A model generated the notes under the pieces. That model worked only from the letters and a program-made list of their open reading frames with translations. It did not search any database and was not told where the DNA came from. Position numbers and translations under genes: made by a program. From Octopus vulgaris (taxonomy: Eukaryota): a DNA stretch of 64,000 nucleotides. Shown piece after piece: positions 12,402 to 24,149 of the stretch (positions are counted from its first letter, which is position 1; each line of letters opens with the position of its first letter). The DNA is taken from assembly GCA_951406725.2 (NCBI GenBank), contig OX597816.1, forward strand, positions 171,554,001-171,618,000, written 5' to 3'.

Positions 12402-12638
12402 TCCTTACGTATATATATATGTATATGTACATACATGTTTGCGTGTATGCTTGTTCTAACCTTATGCAATGGTTGTAAATGAACACCATGAAAAGAATGT
12501 TCTCTTTTAGTCTTACATGAAATAACATGCCATGGGGAAATGTTGTTTTGCATGGAAACAGATGAAGGTTGGCAACAGAAAGAGTATCTCGCTTTGAAAA
12601 TGTACTTCAATGAATTCTATCTGAGACATGCAAACATG

Positions 12639-12678
<40 letters not shown>

Positions 12679-12836
12679 GTTTAACGTCTGCTTTCCATGC
12701 TAGCATGGGTTGGCAGCTGTTAAAATGAATAAGATGTATTTGAGGAAAATAACTATATTTGTAGGGTGAAAACGCCTCCTGAATGTTGAAACCTTTACTG
12801 CCATGAGTTGCTATTGTTTTTTGTTTATTTTTACAG

Positions 12837-12990
12837 GATTGTGGAAGGCATATTCCGTAGTCTCAACAACCTTCTTGAGAGATTCCATCAATCCTTCTTC
12901 TTTTACTTAATGCCTGCTACCAACCGGTATATCTCCATCGGATTGTATATGCCACCTTTCAGTTTAATGACAGCTGCTGGTTTGATCAAA
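12837..12990 (+). CDS. GPAA1: GPAA1 exon: [52 protein letters not shown]
   Basis: ttacag acceptor; highly conserved [19 protein letters not shown] and SIGxYMP; ends at U12 donor ATATCCTTT. Confidence 0.95.
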
Positions 12991-13939
12991 ATATCCTTTT
13001 CACCACCCTTTATTCAAAAGTGACAAAAAACTTAGATAAAACATAAGTTTTTAATATCAGGTTAATTATCATCACTAACAGTTTTGTCTGTTTTTCTACT
13101 GTTTTTCTACACAGAATGGATTTGATTCTTCTTTTAAATTACATTTTTTCTGTTAACCTCTTCATTACTTTTAACAATATGTTTTCAAGCTTTCCACAAT
13201 GCTCCTCCAAATTCTATTATCATCCCTTTAGAGACAAAGCTTACTTAATGCTTCTGTACAAGCTACAAAAACGAAAATACTTCTTTAAAATTTGAATCTT
13301 AGTTGACATATAAAAGTACATATATTTGTGAAGAGAATGATCTTGTATACCTCTTTTTCTAATATGTTAGGCCAATTTATTTTTCATATATTTTTGGCTC
13401 TCACAACATATCTTGTTATTTAACATTTTTATGTTTTATTGACATTAGTCTGAAGAATAGGTACTCTTTCTACTTGAGTTCTTTGTGACCGAGTTAAGGG
13501 GATTGTAGCTAAGATTTGTATTAAGATGTAAAATTTTCAATTGAAAAGTAAACATCATCATCCATCATTTCGAATCTGGGTTTTGTCCTCGTCAACAGAG
13601 GTGACTGGATCTACCTCAATGCCATAGCAACTGCCCTCACACCATCTTGCTCCCTTCTCAAGCCAACCCTCCCAATCTCCTCCTCCACCTGTCCCCTCCA
13701 CATTTTCCTCAGTCTATCTCGTTTTCGCTGTCCATTTACCTCAAAGTCTAGCACCCTCTTCAGAACATGCTCCTTGCCCCTCCTCAACACATGCCCATAT
13801 CACTGCACTCCATTCACCCTTGTCAGCTGTTACACTGATTCCTCCAACCCCAGCATCCCCATCAAGTCTTCAGTCCCCTTATCAAAGAGCCTCACACCAC
13901 ACATTTCTCTCACCATTGCTCTCTCAGTCCTTCTCAAAG

Positions 13940-13976
<37 letters not shown>

Positions 13977-15207
13977 AAACACCATGTCTCACTCCCATAC
14001 AGCATTGCAGCTCTCACACAACTCCTCTAGACTTTTCCTTTCGTCTTCAATGAGAACCTTTTCCCCTATAACAACGCTCCACATTCCCTGAACTTCACCC
14101 AACCAAGTCTCACTCTTGCTGTCACAGCTGCTTCACATCCACCACTTACATCCACCCTATCTCCCAAATAACAAAACCCTCTCACCATCTCCACCTCATC
14201 ACATAGTATTCCCACTGATTTCGCCAGACCTCCACCTCCTTTCTCACATCTACAAACAAACTCTCTCACCAGTCTTGGGATCACCTTCTTCATTTTTGTA
14301 CATCTACCATGAATCCATTTCTCACATCTCGTACATTTGCCATTACCCTCCTCCCACATACACCACATGGATCCACCTTACTCACTAACACTTCTCCTCC
14401 CACCCCACTCACCATCACCTTTGTCTTCCCGAGGTTTACCTTCAAGCCCTTGCTTTCAAATGCCTTCTTCCATTTCCAAAACTTTTCCCTCAATCCCTAC
14501 ATCGTCTCACTCATCAGAACAATATCATCTGTATACAGTATCTCCATTATCAATCCCTCTCTTGCACTCTCCGTCAACACATCAACCGCTTTTGCAAACA
14601 ACATTGGAGACAACTCAGATCCCTGATGCACACCAACTTTAACTACAAACTCCTCTGACAGCTCTGATACAATTCTCACTTTTGTCTCTACCCCCTCATA
14701 CAAACTGGTCACTGCTCTCACCATTACTTCTAGTACACCTCTCTTCCTCAATGCCCATTCAATCATATTTCTTGGAACCCTATCAAATGCCTTCTCCAGA
14801 TCAATGAAGCATATGTACAACTCCTTCCCATTATCTCGGTATTCCTCCTGTAATCTTCTTACAATGAACACTGCATCTATTGTCCCCGTTCCTGGCATAA
14901 AAGCAAATTGCATCTCATCCACATCTCCTTTGGCAGGATTCAAGTAGGCACAGGTTACAAGAAAGAAGCTAAGTGTGTTTTTATTTTTGTATGTTGAAGA
15001 GAGTTATTTGTACTTTCTTCTCCACTTGATTATGGTAAACATGATCACTGGAAGGCCATTTTTATTCAGACGAACATCATCATCATCATCATCATGATAA
15101 TCATACTCATCATTGATGTGATTTTTTTTTTTTTTGTCTTCTATCATAATTTGCTCAAGTATACATAAGAATGATTTAAAAGATACGTCCACCTTAACAC
15201 ATTTCAT
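12991..15207 (+). other. GPAA1: U12-type (minor spliceosome) intron of GPAA1, predicted AT-AT termini
   Basis: 5' ATATCCTTTT at 12991; branch site CCTTAAC at 15192-15198; frame requires the exon to resume at 15208 (GCC ATT TCT TTG TGG) after ...TTTCAT. Confidence 0.85.
13553..14925 (-). mobile_element. RTE-clade LINE reverse-transcriptase fragment (frameshifted) inside the U12 intron
   Basis: QFAFMPGTGTIDAVF, FIDLEKAFDRVP, GVHQGSELSPMLF, LYTDDIVL, KGLKVNLGKTKVM, FCYLGD motifs; (GAT)n tail. Confidence 0.9.
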
Positions 15208-15480
15208 GCCATTTCTTTGTGGATTGGTTCTGAAAAGCCAAAAGACAAAAATGAAAAGAAGCCACAAAAAAGTGATTTAAATTCTTCCAAGCTAGAAAAA
15301 GATGAAAAAGAACCTGAAACAGAGAAACAAGAGAAAGAAGTAGAGAAAGAAGACAATGAAGTGAGTCAGTCGAAGAAAGAGATTTCTTGTGAGAAGAAAG
15401 AAGAAGATCCACTGGAAAAATTGTCTAAAGATGTAAATGATATTGAAGATGATGACAGTTTGAAAAACGACCCAGATGAG
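15208..15480 (+). CDS. GPAA1: GPAA1 exon: AISLWIG followed by an E/K/D-rich low-complexity loop
   Basis: open frame of 91 codons, GAG|gtaagt donor at 15481, phase 0 both sides; K|AxxLW continuity with the previous exon. Confidence 0.85.
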
Positions 15481-15684
15481 GTAAGTAGCAGGAACCATTT
15501 TGGGTAATAACTGTAATAGCTGGTTTAGCACAGTGACTTGATATCAGAGATCAAATCCACTCTACATCGGTTGGAGTGGAAGCAAAAGACTTCCGTTGCA
15601 AGTCTTTTTGCATTATTGGTGCGGTTGTGTGGTAAGAAGCTTGCTTCCCAACCATATGTGTGTGTCTTGCCTGGAATCGAACTC

Positions 15685-15757
15685 GGGCATATGGCGTAGT
15701 GGTTAAGAGCGCGGGCTACAAACCCCAAGATTCCGAGTTCGATTCCAGGCAGTGACT

Positions 15758-15790
<33 letters not shown>

Positions 15791-15963
15791 GCAATATCGA
15801 AAAATAACTTACGAATGAGAACCCAGGTTCGAAATTTCCTCAAGACGCCTGATGAAGGCTGGAGGGTATATCAGCCGAAACGTGTTAACAAACGAGATGA
15901 GGACATATATCCGTCAAGTGTAAATAATGTAAATAATATCTCATCTCCTAAATAGAGAACTGT
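15685..15963 (+). mobile_element. tRNA-headed short element with (AAT)n and a hammerhead-like tail
   Basis: head TGGCGTAGTGG...GTTCGATTCC; CTGATGA aGGCTG-loop-CAGCC GAAAC at 15849-15881; inverted copy of part of the head at 15668-15687. Confidence 0.6.
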
Positions 15964-16001
15964 ATTTTATCAGGAGTCCTAACCATCCTGTATATTGACA
16001 G

Positions 16002-16400
16002 GAAACCTGGACGTTATCAAAGAAGCTTGAGAGGCGGTTGGATGGAACCTACACTCGCCTCCTTATGAGAGCTCAAAATCTCTCGTGGAAGCGTCATCCA
16101 ACCAAAATGCAAATATATGGGAAACTACCACCTGTGTCATCTCTTGTGAAAGGTAGGAGAGTCCAGTTTGCTGGACATTGTTGTAGAGCTGAAAACAAGG
16201 CAATTTCTACTCTTCTCCTCTGGAAGCCATCTACTCGCGATACCAGAGGGCACACACTCTCCTACCCTGATGTAATCTCCAGGGATACAGGCATCCAGCA
16301 ACAGGACCTCCGTTATGCCATGATGGACCGTGAAGTCTGGCGTAGCATGGTAAATTCCATTGTCTCGATCACGGTCGAACAATGATGATGATGATGATGA
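16002..16400 (+). mobile_element. RTE LINE 3' fragment
   Basis: ETWTLSKKLERRLDGTYTRLLMRAQN...RRVQFAGHC...DREVWR; (GAT)n tail. Confidence 0.85.
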
Positions 16401-17292
16401 TGTGTGTCTTATGTCTGTGTTTGTCCTGCTTGATAACAGGTGTTGGTGTGTTTATGTCTCCCATAACTTAGCGGTTCAGTAGAAGAGACTAATAGAATAA
16501 GTACCAGGCTTATAAAAAAACAAGTACTGAGGTCAATTCATTCAACTAAAAATTCTTCAAAGTGGTGCCCCAGCATGGTCGCAGTCTAATCACTGAAACA
16601 GATAAAAGATAAAAGATATAAAGATAGTATTTACATACAAATATATAATTTGGTTGATTTGAATATAAAAACTGAAACCAAATGTACATAGGGCCACATC
16701 TCAGAAGGTTGGCTCTTCTCTTTGGAGCCAAAAAATACTTTAGCCTCTCACAATTACTGACACTCAAAGTTAACCCCACACTGGAGTATAATTACTGTCA
16801 TATACAGGACTTTGCTATCGTTGTATGCACAAACATTTTAGACTGTATCTGGAGAAAGTGTACTTGACTGATTGGTATTAAGTCACTCCAAGACATGCTC
16901 CAACTTCTGGTCCTCCAGGATGCTCTCTTTTTTCTCCACAGTTTTTCTATTGTTAGTATAGGCGGCGAGCTGGAAGAAACGTTAGCACACTGGGCGAAAT
17001 GCTTAGCGGTATTGCATCTGTCGTTGCGTTCTGAGTTCAAATTCCGCCGAGGTCAACTTTGCCTTTCATCCTTTCGGGGTCGATAAATTAAGTACCAGTT
17101 ACACACTGGGGTCGATGTAATCGACTTAATCCGTTTGTCTGTTCTTGTTTGTCCCCTCTATGTTTAGCCCCTTGTGGGCAATAAAGAAACAGTTAGTATA
17201 ACAGTCTCTGCTTCTTGGAATTGGCTGGTATCGTGACACCTCAACTTGGGCAATCCAGACTCACCTGTCTCTCTCTCTCTACCTCTCATCAC

Positions 17293-18964
17293 GTAAGTTG
17301 TTATTAAGCCCCTCCTGTGGCCTGCACTAACCACTATGCTTAGGCCTTCCAGAACTTTCTCCCTGCTCATGTCTTTGCTGCAGTATCAACTTGCAAAAGT
17401 TGATCCTTTGTTGCATCATTTACACCCATACAACTATAAAGAAGAGATAGACCTAATTCAGTACAAAAAGTTTAAAAAAAAAAAAAACTTTTACATTTAT
17501 CTAAATAATCTGTTATTAATAAATCTTTCCAAAATGTATTCAGTGAAAATTTTGAAGGTTTTTTTAAAAAATTGCTAATATTTGTAAAACTTATTATCTT
17601 TCAATGTAAGTTGTTATTAAGCCCCTCCTGTGGCCTGCACTAACCACTATGCTTAGGCCTTCCAGAACTTTCTCCCTGCTCATGTCCTTGCTGCAGTATC
17701 AACTTGCAAGAGTCGATCCTTTGTGGCATCATTTACACCCACACAAATATAAAGAAGAGATAGACCTAATTCAGTACAAAAATTAAAAAAAAAAAAAAAC
17801 AAACTTTTATAGGCGCAGGAGTGGCTGTGTGGTAAGTAGCTTGCTAACCAACCACATGGTTCCGGGTTCAGTCCCACTGCGTGGCATCTTGGGCAAGTGT
17901 CTTCTACTATAGCCCCGGGCTGACCAATGCCTTGTGAGTGGATTTGGTAGATGGAAACTGAAAGAAGCCTGTCGTATATATGTATATATATATGTGTGTG
18001 TGTATGTGTTTGTGTGTCTGTGTTTGTCCTCCTAGCATTGCTTGACAACTGATGCTGGTGTGTTTATGTCCCCATTACTTAGCGGTTCGGCAAAAGAGAC
18101 CGATAGAATAAGTACTGGGCTTACAAAGAATAAGTCCCGGGGTCGATTTGCTCGACTAAAAGGCGGTGCTCCAGCATGGCCGCAGTCAAATGACTGAAAC
18201 AAGTAAAAGAGTAAAAGAGAGAGAGTTACATTTATCTAAATAATCTGTTATTAATAAATCTTTCCAAAATGTATTCAGTGAAAATTTTGAAGGTTTTTTT
18301 AAAAATTGCTAATATTTGTAAAACTTATTATCTTTCAATGTAAGTTGTTATTAAGCCCCTCCTGTGGCCTGCACTAACCACTATGCTTAGGCCTTCCAGA
18401 ACTTTCTCCCTGCTCATGTCTTTGCTGCAGTATCAACTTGCAAAAGTTGATCCTTTGTTGCATCATTTACACCCATACAAATATAAAGAAGAGATAGACC
18501 TAATTCAGTACAAAAAGTTTAAAAAAAAAAATTAACTTTTACATTTATCTAAATAATCTGTTATTAATAAATCTTTCCAAAATGTATTCAGTGAAAATTT
18601 TGAAGGTTTTTTTAAAAATTGCTAATATTTGTAAAACTTATTATCTTTCAATGTAAGTTGTTATTAAGCCCCTCCTGTGGCCTGCACTAACCACTATGCT
18701 TAGGCCTTCCAGAACTTTCTCCCTGCTCATGTCCTTGCTGCAGTATCAACTTGCAAAAGTTGATCCTTTGTGGCATCATTTACACCCATACAAATATAAA
18801 GAAGAGATAGACCTAATTCAGTACAAAAAGTTTAAAAAAAAAAAATTAACTTTTACATTTATCTAAATAATCTGTTATTAATAAATCTTTCCAAAATGTA
18901 TTCAGTGAAAATTTTGAAGGTTTTTTAAAAAATTGCTAATATTTGTAAAACTTATTATCTTTCA
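17293..18964 (+). repeat. Four ~313-bp tandem copies of the intron end preceding exon 18966; copy 2 carries a SINE A (~17809-18225)
   Basis: units start at 17293, 17606, 18340, 18653. Confidence 0.92.
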
Positions 18965-18965
18965 G

Positions 18966-19165
18966 CAGGAAGATAAGTCCCGAGATTTACTGTCCATCAT
19001 ACCAATGATTATCTTGAGTTTCCTTGTTGGTTTAATGACATATTACCTGCCTGATGTATTCAATAGCCATGCACGTCACTTGAAGATACCAACGGATGAG
19101 GCTATCACATATGGACTCATGGCATTGTTCTCTGCCTGGCTTTTCTTTCCGCGATTCATTTCTAA
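18966..19165 (+). CDS. GPAA1: GPAA1 exon encoding two TM segments: QEDKSRDLLSIIPMIILSFLVGLMTYYLP...FFPRFISK
   Basis: ttcag|cag acceptor (NAGNAG), aa|gtaagt donor at 19166; phase 0 to 2. Confidence 0.9.
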
Positions 19166-21662
19166 GTAAGTTGGTGACAAATTTTGGAAAATCTCAAATG
19201 TTTTCAATGAAAAGTAGATAGGAAGAAAATGTTTTCAGATTTTATATTTCTTTATTGCCCACAAGGGGCTAAACACAGAGGGGACAAACAAGGACAGACA
19301 AAGGGATTAAGTCGATTACATCGACCCCAGTGCGAAACTGGTACTTTATTTATCGACCCTGAGAGGATGAAAGGCAAAGTCAACCCTGGCAGAATTTGAA
19401 CTCAGAACGTAATGACAGACGAAATACTGCTAAGCATTTCGCCCAGTGCGCTATATTTCCGCGATTCATTTCTAAGTAAGTTTGTGACAAATTTTGGAAA
19501 ATCCCAATGTTTTCAATGAAAAGTAGATAGTAAGAAAATGTTTTCAGATTTTATATTTCTTTATTGCCCACAAGGGGCTAAACACAGAGGGGACAAACAA
19601 GGACAGACAAAGGGATTAAGTCGATTACATCGACCCCAGTGCGAAACTGGTACTTTATTTATCGACCCTGAGAGGATGAAAGGCAAAGTCAACCCTGGCA
19701 GAATTTGAACTCAGAACGTAATGACAGACGAAATACTGCTAAGCATTTCGCCCAGTGCGCTATATTTCCGCGATTCATTTCTAAGTAAGTTTGTGACAAA
19801 TTTTGGAAAATCTCAATGTTTTCAATGAAAAGTAGATAGGAAGAAAATGTTTTCAGATTTTATATATATTATATATATTTCTTTATTGCCCACAAGGGGC
19901 TAAACACAGAGGGGACAAACAAGGACAGACAAAGGGATTAAGTCGATTACATCGACCCCAGTGCGAAACTGGTACTTTATTTATCGACCCTGAGAGGATG
20001 AAAGGCAAAGTCAACCCTGGCAGAATTTGAACTCAGAACGTAATGACAGACGAAATACTGCTAAGCATTTCGCCCAGTGCGCTATATTTCCGCGATTCAT
20101 TTCTAAGTAAGTTGGTGACAAATTTTGGAAAATCTCAATGTTTTCAATGAAAAGTAGATAGGAAGAAAATGTTTTCAGATTTTATATTTCTTTATTGCCC
20201 ACAAGGGGCTAAACACAGAGGGGACAAACAAGGACAGACAAAGGGATTAAGTCGATTACATCGACCCCAGTGCGAAACTGGTACTTTATTTATCGACCCT
20301 GAGAGGATGAAAGGCAAAGTCAACCCTGGCAGAATTTGAACTCAGAACGTAATGACAGACGAAATACTGCTAAGCATTTCGCCCAGTGCGCTATATTTCC
20401 GCGATTCATTTCTAAGTAAGTTTGTGACAAATTTTGGAAAATCTCAATGTTTTCAATGAAAAGTAGATAGGAAGAAAATGTTTTCAGATTTTATATATAT
20501 TATATATATTTCTTTATTGCCCACAAGGGGCTAAACACAGAGGGGACAAACAAGGACAGACAAAGGGATTAAGTCGATTACATCGACCCCAGTGCGAAAC
20601 TGGTACTTTATTTATCGACCCTGAGAGGATGAAAGGCAAAGTCAACCCTGGCAGAATTTGAACTCAGAACGTAATGACAGACGAAATACTGCTAAGCATT
20701 TCGCCCAGTGCGCTATATTTCCGCGATTCATTTCTAAGTAAGTTTGTGACAAATTTTGGAAAATCTCAATGTTTTCCATGAAAAGTAGATAGGAAGAAAA
20801 TGTTTTCAGATTTTATAAATATTTCTTTATTGCCCGCAAGGGGCTAAACACAGAGGGGACAAACAAGGACAGACAAAGGGATTAAGTCGATTACATCGAC
20901 CCCAGTGCGAAACTGGTACTTTATTTATCGACCCTGAGAGGATGAAAGGCAAAGTCAACCCTGGCAGAATTTGAACTCAGAACGTAATGACAGACGAAAT
21001 ACTGCTAAGCATTTCGCCCAGTGCGCTATATTTCCGCGATTCATTTCTAAGTAAGTTTGTGACAAATTTTGGAAAATCTCAATGTTTTCAATGAAAAGTA
21101 GATAGGAAGAAAATGTTTTTAGATTTTATATTTCTTTATTGCCCACAAGGGGCTAAACACAGAGGGGACAAACAAGGACAGACAAAGGGATTAAGTCGAT
21201 TACATCGACCCCAGTGCGAAACTGGTACTTTATTTATCGACCCTGAGAGGATGAAAGGCAAAGTCAACCCTGGCAGAATTTGAACTCAGAACGTAATGAC
21301 AGACGAAATACTGCTAAGCATTTCGCCCAGTGCGCTATATTTCCGCGATTCATTTCTAAGTAAGTTTGTGACAAATTTTGGAAAATCTCAATGTTTTCAA
21401 TGAAAAGTAGATAGGAAGAAAATGTTTTCAGATTTTATATATATTATATATATTTCTTATTGCCCACAAGGGGCTAAACACAGAGGGGACAAACAAGGAC
21501 AGACAAAGGGATTAAGTCGATTACATCGACCCCAGTGCAAAACTGGTACTTTATTTATCGACCCCGAAAGGATGAAAGGCGAAGTCGACCCTGGCGGAAT
21601 TTGAACTCAGAACATAACGACAGACGAAATACCGCTAAGCATTTCGCCCGGCGCGCTATATT
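19146..21662 (+). repeat. Eight ~309-322-bp tandem units: exon 3' end + donor + intron + SINE B
   Basis: TTTCCGCGATTCATTTCTAA|GTAAGT recurs with GT at 19166, 19476, 19785, 20107, 20416, 20738, 21051, 21360. Confidence 0.95.
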
Positions 21663-22069
21663 TTGAACTCATTTATCATATGATAACATTTGTTTATGTA
21701 GCATCAATTTTTAAATTAGCTTGCTCATGGATTTTTCATTCATCCCTCACTCCAAAGAGAGAGAGAGGGAGACACACACACACAAATTTTTCTTTTAAAC
21801 CAATTCCATGTAAATATTTTTTGATGATAGAAACAATTTATTTATTTGTGACATAATGCTTAGAATGGCGTATGTGTGTCTAAGTGTTCTGGTTGAGAAA
21901 GAAACGGCAGTTTCTCTTTTCTTCACTCATTTAAGGGTTTTAAGGTAGGCTATCTAAGGTAACTCCCATATGTCAATGGCCCTACTTTTTGTAAACTAAT
22001 TTTGAATGTTAAACTAACTTGTAGACATTTTAACTTAAGTTTATTTATATATATTTTTTTTTCTTTCAG

Positions 22070-22246
22070 AAAACCACATGAATTTGACAATGGTTTTCAA
22101 GTTGACTGGCCCCTGTTAAAATGTGTCACTCTCATCTTCCAGTCCCTTGTTCTTTTTTCAATTGCATTAATGAACATCTCTCTGGCATTTTTCCTTGCTG
22201 CTACAATCATTCCAGTTTCAGTCATTGTACAACCTGTGTCAAACAA
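22070..22246 (+). CDS. GPAA1: GPAA1 exon: KPHEFDNGFQVDWPLLKCVTLIFQSLVLFSIALMNISLAFFLAATIIPV...SNK
   Basis: ttctttcag acceptor, gtaagt donor at 22247; WxLLK and ALxNxSLAF Gaa1 TM motifs; phase 2 to 2. Confidence 0.93.
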
Positions 22247-22328
22247 GTAAGTTCTTCATTTTTCTGTCAGAATCCTGTTTTTGAACAGCAACAGGATTAT
22301 CTGGCACAATCTTTTCGCTGTTATTTAA

Positions 22329-22549
22329 CCCTTTAGCATTCAAACCGGCTATACCCGGCCCAAACATTCTACTTGTTTTATACCCAAATTGGCCAGATCC
22401 AACCTTTCATACCTATCCCACAATGTCATTCTGAAAAATAAGCAATCACATTATTGAAATCTTGAAGCTATGAGACAATGCATGGTTGATTCAAAACAAG
22501 GTGAATAAATAAGCATTAGATTTGACAAAGAAATCTGGATGCTAAAGGG
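22329..22549. mobile_element. piggyBac-like MITE
   Basis: TTAA|CCCTTTAGCAT ... ATGCTAAAGGG|TTAA. Confidence 0.8.
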
Positions 22550-22650
22550 TTAACTACAAATCAGCCCTGATTGAGCAGATCCATGGTCAATGGTATTCCA
22601 GCTATGGCTAATCTTTCTTGAACTACATTATCTTAATCATCCTTTATCAA

Positions 22651-22870
22651 CCCTTTGGTGTTCAAATTTCTCTGTTAAATATAATACTTTTTCACTCAAA
22701 TTGTTTTGAATTAATCATGCATTGTGTTATAGCTTTGAGGTTTCAATGATATGATTGTTTATTTTTAGAATGTCACTGTGGGTTAGGTGTGAGAGGCTAG
22801 ATATGGCCAATTTGAATATAAAACATTTAGAATATTTGGGCCGGATATGGCTGGTTTAAACACTAAAGGG
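22651..22870. mobile_element. piggyBac-like MITE, same family, opposite orientation
   Basis: TCAA|CCCTTTGGTGTT ... AACACTAAAGGG|TTAA. Confidence 0.75.
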
Positions 22871-23689
22871 TTAAAATTATATGATATAAAACTTAGATAA
22901 AAACTTAGATATGTTTCGACCAAAGATTGGTCCAGGCCATGTCTAACTTAATAGCACCACCTGATAGGATTATTTCGAATCCTGTTTAAGTCAAGTTTTG
23001 TTCAAGTAGTGAGTTCTTGTTGGGTGAGTTGTATCAAGTTTTGTTCAAGTAGTGAGTTCTTGTTGGGTGAGTTGTATCCAATTATGGGTGGCTTATCTGG
23101 TATTCTTTGAAGGAATCTATCCAGACTCCGTTTAAAGTTGATGGGATCCTTTTCCTCTTTGATCTCCCTAGGGACAATGTTAGGAAAAGAAATTATGTTG
23201 CAGTGTACATGTATGTTGTGATCTTGAATTGGGCAGGGGACGTATGGCCCGTGGTCCCAGTCTTGGATGAACCTTGAAGCTAAGAAAGATTTGACAGTCA
23301 AGAGGTTCTTTTCATGGTCCATATCATTTTACAGAGGTTCCTTCATTGCCTCTTGGAACTTCCATCTAAATATAGTATTTGACTAGCAACTTTTGGGGTT
23401 GTGAGTTCATGTGTATCACTGCTGTTTTGTTCATTCACTTAGCAGTGAACTTAATTGAATGTGTCTCAATTTAACCTCGATTGTCCGTCTTTTTCTGTTG
23501 AAGTTACATGCATCAGATCAACTTCTTATCCAGAGAAAGATCAACTTCTTATCCATATGAAAGGAGAGGCCACTATATATCCAGTTTTTGTTTCATGCAA
23601 CAACACGGGAGCGGAGACACAACACCACTCATACCCAATAATTTATGAAATATTGCACACAAATCTCAAAACTGATTGTTTCCCATTAA

Positions 23690-24149
23690 CCCTTTAGTAT
23701 TCATATTATTCTATCAAATGCAATGCTTATTGTTTCCACATTGTTTAGAATTAATTATGCATTATCTTGTAACCTCAAGATTTCAATGATGTGACTGTTT
23801 TTAGAATGCCTATTTCTTTATTACCCACAAGGGGCTAAACACAGAGGGGACAAACAAGGACAGACATAGGTATTAAGTCGATTACATTGACCCCCAGTGC
23901 GTAACTGGTACTTAATTTATCGACCCCGAAAGGATGAAAGGCAAAGTCGACCTCGGCGGAATTTGAACTCACAACGTAACGCAGACGAAATACCGCTAAG
24001 TATTTCGCCCGGCATGCTAACGTTTCTGCCAGCTCGCCGCCTGTTTTTAGAATGCCATTGTAAAGTAGGTATTAGAGGCTGAATCTGGCCAGTTTAAACC
24101 TAAAACAGGATGTTTTGGCTTGATATGGCCGGTTTTAAGGGCCAAAGGG
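23690..24149. mobile_element. piggyBac-like MITE with nested SINE B (23811-24041)
   Basis: TTAA|CCCTTTAG start; SINE flanked by 15-bp TSD tgtttttagaatgcc. Confidence 0.75.

Noticed and set aside
15685-15757. Possible tRNA genes (also 135-205, 24919-24990)
   Set aside because: Acceptor stems do not close and heads run into SINE bodies; SINE heads, not tRNAs
19146-21662. CRISPR-like appearance of regularly spaced repeats
   Set aside because: Whole units are repeated with no unique spacers, no cas genes, eukaryotic intron
22991-23078. 43-bp tandem duplication
   Set aside because: Simple slippage at the end of a decayed LINE fragment
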